From Minutocellus sp. GHC0000111 (Eukaryota), in contig OZ361259.1 of assembly GCA_977018835.1 (NCBI GenBank), forward strand, positions 4,526,001 through 4,589,053: a stretch of 63,053 bases of DNA. The letters run 5' to 3'. Position numbers and translations under genes: made by a program. The notes below the pieces were generated by a model, which saw only the letters and a list, made by a program, of their open reading frames with translations, was not told the origin of the DNA and made no database searches. Each line of letters starts with the position of its first letter. The first letter of the stretch is position 1. This document shows, one piece after another, positions 58,315-63,053 of this stretch.

Positions 58315-58697
58315 TTCTGAGAAACAATTTTGACTTTAAATAAGAATTTTGTTTTGCTAAGAACCCGCCAATCATCTCACCTTCTCAAGTTACATGTATG
58401 ATGGATCGAATCAATCGATCGATTTGGTTCGTCCGTCGTCCTCCGGTACATTTGACTCGCTCGACTATATTCCCGAAAAATTGCGCCACCCGACCGGTCA
58501 GACCCGGCAGGCTCGCGAATGAGCTAAACCACTACAATACAATGCTCAACGACGACCAAAGTGTTCGAAGTGGAGGTGCTACGGCCATAAAACCGCGGTA
58601 GACGAGAGAATCAGGTAGATAGCCGCTGGGGGGCTTGAGGATTCAGCGGTGTTATTGCACACATACTTGTATTTCAGCCGCCAACGCTACAAGAGTC

Positions 58698-61516
58698 ATG
58701 ACCACCCAGCTTGGCATCGGCAGCCGAAAACGACTTGCCGTCGTCCTTTCGTTGGCTGCATCATCCTCGTTGCAAGCCGCATATGCAAAGGACCTTGAGT
58801 ACCTCGGCAACAAAGGTCCCTTTGGTCTCTGTCAGGGAGACTGGTGAGTTATTATCCATACGCGTCTTGCCACAATTTGCCGACTGGCGGATTGTTTCTT
58901 TGCTCTTGTTGTCTTTGTTCTATTCCACTCCATGCGTACTTTTTGCCTCATCTTCGACCTTCTTCGTACGATTGCCAATGCCTAATCGACCGTCCTTGTT
59001 GGTTTGCATCGCAGTGATGATGACGATGACTGTGAGGGCAAGCTGGTCTGCTTCCAACGCTCTGGTGACAAAAATGATGTCCCAGGATGTGATGATGGAG
59101 CCGAGGGGGTCTTCGCGGATGTTGATTATTGCATCTCTCTTGACCCGATAGTCTCTGACGAGCCAGATGAGGATGAGGATGGGCAATTGCAAGGTGCAAT
59201 GCAGCAGCCTGTACAGACCAATCCTAATCTCATTGGAGTCGTGGGAGAAACCTCTACATGCGTCGAAGGATTTGGATGCCTTGAATATATCGCTCTGGGC
59301 AAGGAGGATAATTCTGGAAAAACATTCGGTCACTGCCAGGGCCACTGCTTTTCTGGATCGGACTGCTCTGGCGAATTAAAATGCGTTCTCCGCGAGACCA
59401 ATGGAGAGAAGTTTGAGTCGGTCCTTCGCAAGTTTGGATGCGCTGGTGATTTGCACGCCGGATCGAATTACTGTGTTGACTCGTCCAAAAAGCTTGAGGG
59501 GTTCGATCTGGTTACGTTTGAGGAAGCAACCGCTCCCACGACGGCAAGACCCACTTGGGCTCCTACTCGAATGCCAGTTGTGCCAACTGTGGCGCCATCT
59601 GCACGGCCCACGCCAAGAGGTCCCACGCTGAAGCCGACGGTTAGGCCAACTGAAGCTCCAACACGAGCTGCCGATGCTCGTAATTTTGCTCGTCGTTGGA
59701 CGGACGTCATGACTACTGACGTCCTTGACCAAACGGTTGAACAAGATATCACGAGGCAGCCCGTCAAAGTCAATCAAATGTATTTTGCTGCGCAAGTCGC
59801 TGGTGAGACAAATCCATTCCGTTTCACAGAATCTCCTACTGGGGTGCCAACGACGTCTCCCACGATGGCTCCCTACAATCCGTATCCTTACAATCTTCCT
59901 CCGGAAATGCCAGAGCCAGGGTACTTTGACTATTCCGTCGGTGATGGGTCCGAATACGACTCTGGAAGAGGGCCCGATATGTGGGGCCGACTGCCCGATG
60001 GCATTGCAACTCAAGAGGGTGCCTACTGGTCACAATTCGATGCCTACATCAAACATGACATTGTTACGAACAGATGCGCTAGCAAGTCCAATCGTCAGTC
60101 TCCTATTGACGTAACAAACAAGATTGCTACAAAGCAATGCTTTGAGTTCCATCAGATCCGTCATAAGGATGGCAATTTCCCTGCCTCTGATCCCAAGTTG
60201 GAAAAGCAGATTCTGCCCAGCAAGTTGAGGTTGCATTTCCCTCGGGATGGCTTTACTGATGGCGATGAAAGTTTCCGCGACCAGAGCGGATGGGACAAGG
60301 GCCAATTCGGACCCTCCGCAGATATGCCAAAGCGTTGGGGTGAGTGGTATTTATGCGCGGATATATAACAAATCGTCAAAAGAACGCGCTAGAATGTGTT
60401 TGGTGATGGTTGCATAAAAGCAAAGGTCAAATCTCGCAGCGACTCACGATGGTGCTCTATATCTCTCTGATTTGTCCCGTTCTTGTCCTAATGCTTCTTC
60501 TTGTTCTACACGATTCTCAAATGCGCAGGCTACCAGCTTCCCGTAACCCACGTTGATATCAAGTTCCCCTCAGAGCATTATATGGATGGAAAGCAATACC
60601 CAATGGAGTATCAAATCAACCTTATTCAAAATCGAATTGAGAAGCGACGCGGTGCCCCGGTGGTTTCTGTGTTGTTTGATTTCCATCCCGAGGACAAGCC
60701 GAATAATCACATGGAGATCTTGATCAAGGAATTCGAGAAGGTTTACGAGAAGGATTTGAAGGAATGCGAGGCAACTCAGCGTAGGCAGAGGAAATTAGAA
60801 GCAAAGATGTTTGATATGCTCGCCAAGGATGAAGACAAGGCTGCGTTCAGCACTTTGTTGGACGAGCCAGAAGAAGTCGGAAACATCTTTGAGTCCAATC
60901 TCCGAGCTGCCCGACGACGTGCCCAGGAGGGCCGTACGTGGGATCCCTGGCACGAATCTATCTTGAAGTCATTCTGGTTTTATGGATACGAAGGTTCCCT
61001 GACTGAACCCCCTTGCTCTGAATTCGGTAAGTAGAATTCATTGGAAACCTGAGGTCTCTTTTGATATTTGAAGATTTTTTTGTACTGAAGGCCTTTGTCG
61101 AGAATTCCTCTAACTTACTTATTTCAATGCATTTTATTCTTAATACAATTGCAGTCGAGTGGCGAATCATGTTGGAGCCTGCTCTTATGAGCAAGGGCCA
61201 ACTCGAACGATTGAAAAATGTTTTGTTCAACCACGTCGATGAAAATTGCAAACGCACATCGGTCCATTCCGAAGAGCACGGAGTTGCCCGGCCTCTGCAG
61301 GAGTTCAATGACCACAGCGTATACACTTGTACTTGCCTGGACTTTATGGACGACCATTCCAAGGATGCGGGTTATAAGAAGTGTCGCTTCCGCGATAGAG
61401 CCGAGTATGGCTTCGACGAAGATATCTATACTTACGAGTGGTACCAAGCTACTCATCAGTGGGAGAGCATTGAAGCATACTGGGCAGCCAATGGCGGTGA
61501 ACCTTGGTGGGCGTAG
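58698..61516 (+). CDS. Secreted protein: frustulin-type acidic Cys-rich domains + Pro/Thr linker + alpha-carbonic-anhydrase-like domain
   Basis: CQGDCDDDDDCEGKLVCFQR..VPGC; QSPID, PSEH and YEGSLTEPPCSEFVEW. Introns 58844-59013, 60340-60528 and 61027-61154. Confidence 0.8.
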
Positions 61517-61619
61517 AGAGGCCATGGCGATATTATCAATAGGTTAGCTACGTAGATCAAATAACTCTATTAATTAGAATTACGCCAAAGCCGCTTCATG
61601 AATGAAATGCACTTTAGAT

Positions 61620-63053
61620 CTATTTCCTTTGTTTGCCCCACTGCGCCCCACTCATTTCCGCTAGGCGCGACTCTGCCCTCTTGAACGCAAAAGCAACTTC
61701 GCGAACGGCTGACAATTGTGCCAACGACACACCAATGTGCCCCGTGGCAGACCATTCTATGTCACCATCCTTTGTTCTAATCATTGTCGTCGAAGAAGAA
61801 CTGGAGCTACCTCCTTCTCCTATAATGAGGCTTTCTTCGTCTCCTTTTGGATGCTGGATTGGCTGCTCCTGAATGGCGATTTCTTCATCTCCATCAGCCG
61901 ATTCTAGTTCAGCATCGAAACCAACAAACAAACCTTCCTTGTCAACATCAGACGAAATAACAAGACGAGTTCGAGCTTCGTACAGTGCGTCGATGAGTGT
62001 AACAAACCGACGTGCTTCGTTATAAGTATCACCACAAAGCTGAGGAACATTTTCGCATATAATTGTATCAATTTTTTGAGCTACCGCAATGTAATCTGCC
62101 GCATGTCTCGGTTGCTTGCATAGCTCATCAAAGTGCATCCATGCACATGTATCGTTTGCTCGTTTGATATCAATTGATCGCCCCATGGCAACAGGAATTG
62201 TCACTTGTCTGGTCTCACCTTCGCCAAAAGCAAACCACTCTTCAAGCACATCCTTGTCTTTTGATTTGACAAAAGTTGGGAGACCGCCGCTCGCAAACTC
62301 GAGGGCCCTATCTCTGCGATAGTCGTGCTGGGAAGTCATCTCAACCACAGTCATCCTCTGATTCAGTACATCGATAAACGGAAGGAATCGTTCCCTGTTG
62401 ATCCCGCCCTCATACAAACTTTCCGTTGGACGATTCGATGTAGCAACCACTACGACGCCCAGATCAAGAAGTATGGTGAACAATCTCCTCATTATCATGG
62501 CATCAGCTATATCGGTGATTTGCATCTCGTCGAATGCCAACAACCGAGCTTCCTTGGCAAAAGATGCTGCCACAGGTGGGATTGGGTCTGACTTTGGATA
62601 CTGTTGCTTATACGCGTGAATTCTCTGATGCACTAGAAGCATAAACTCATGAAAGTGACATCTCAACCGACGCCGGCGTATGCGCTCTGCACTGCTATTG
62701 CACACATCGTAAAAGGTATCCATGAGCATTGATTTGCCGACGCCAACTGATCCGTGGATGTAGAAACCGTTTGGGTTGGTGTTGGAAAGAAATAGGCGTT
62801 GTGCCGTGGCAAAGGCAGCTCCAGCCAAGCCACCTGATACGAGAGATGGGGATGGAGCTGCCGAATGCGAATTGTTGCTTGCAATACGATCAAGTAGCGA
62901 TGAAACATGCAAAGACATATTTTGTTTCACGGTAGTTGAACTGCCAAGGAATTGTGCGGCCGATTCCAGATGATCATCATGCAATAGGAACCGATCATTC
63001 TTGAGGTCACTGTGGAGGTCGTCGAGCCGCGATGCCAAAGAGAGCTATTCCTC
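61620..63053 (-). CDS. AFG1: AFG1/LACE1/ZapE-like ATPase, 5'-partial
   Basis: GFYIHGSVGVGKSMLMD, HFHEFM, FDEMQ, TSNRP, DYRR, ARRFVTLIDALYE, RAESRLAEM. Confidence 0.9.

Noticed and set aside
1..63053. tRNA, rRNA or other structured RNA genes
   Set aside because: None recognisable by eye; tRNAscan-SE/Infernal would be needed to exclude them.

Overview
This is a 63-kb, gene-dense eukaryotic nuclear window, almost certainly from a diatom: short GT-AG introns, signal peptide + ASAF-like plastid presequences, frustulin-type Cys-rich domains and a CoDi-like Ty1/copia element. It holds about 27 genes. They include an SGNH hydrolase, a MORN protein, a DUF5690-like transporter, Ctf8, a cadherin-like adhesin, a class-IV aminotransferase with a SAP domain, a P3A H+-ATPase, RluA, an SP-RING protein, plastid ClpB and FtsH, a RibD/DHFR-like protein, two AKRs, Pop5, an MBL hydrolase, a PPR protein, a fatty-acid hydroxylase, a frustulin/alpha-CA-like fusion and AFG1. 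A nested transposon sits at 44.5-51.5 kb: a full-length copia element (5-bp TSD CTACT) inside a palindrome-rich MITE. The strongest signal is that conserved Tyr codons across the copia gag/RT/RNaseH are converted to Cys and His. This is a both-strand TpA->TpG/CpA hypermutation, the reverse direction of fungal RIP, and may reflect an uncharacterised adenine-targeting genome-defence process. The same element has a PBS complementary to its own LTR (Tf1-like self-priming), a single in-frame TGA between gag and pol, and a Tudor-like domain after the integrase. Separately, many host genes carry stops, frameshifts or deletion junctions, which suggests a decaying haplotype or duplicated segment; assembly error is not excluded. 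All family calls come from motif recognition by eye; no searches were run.
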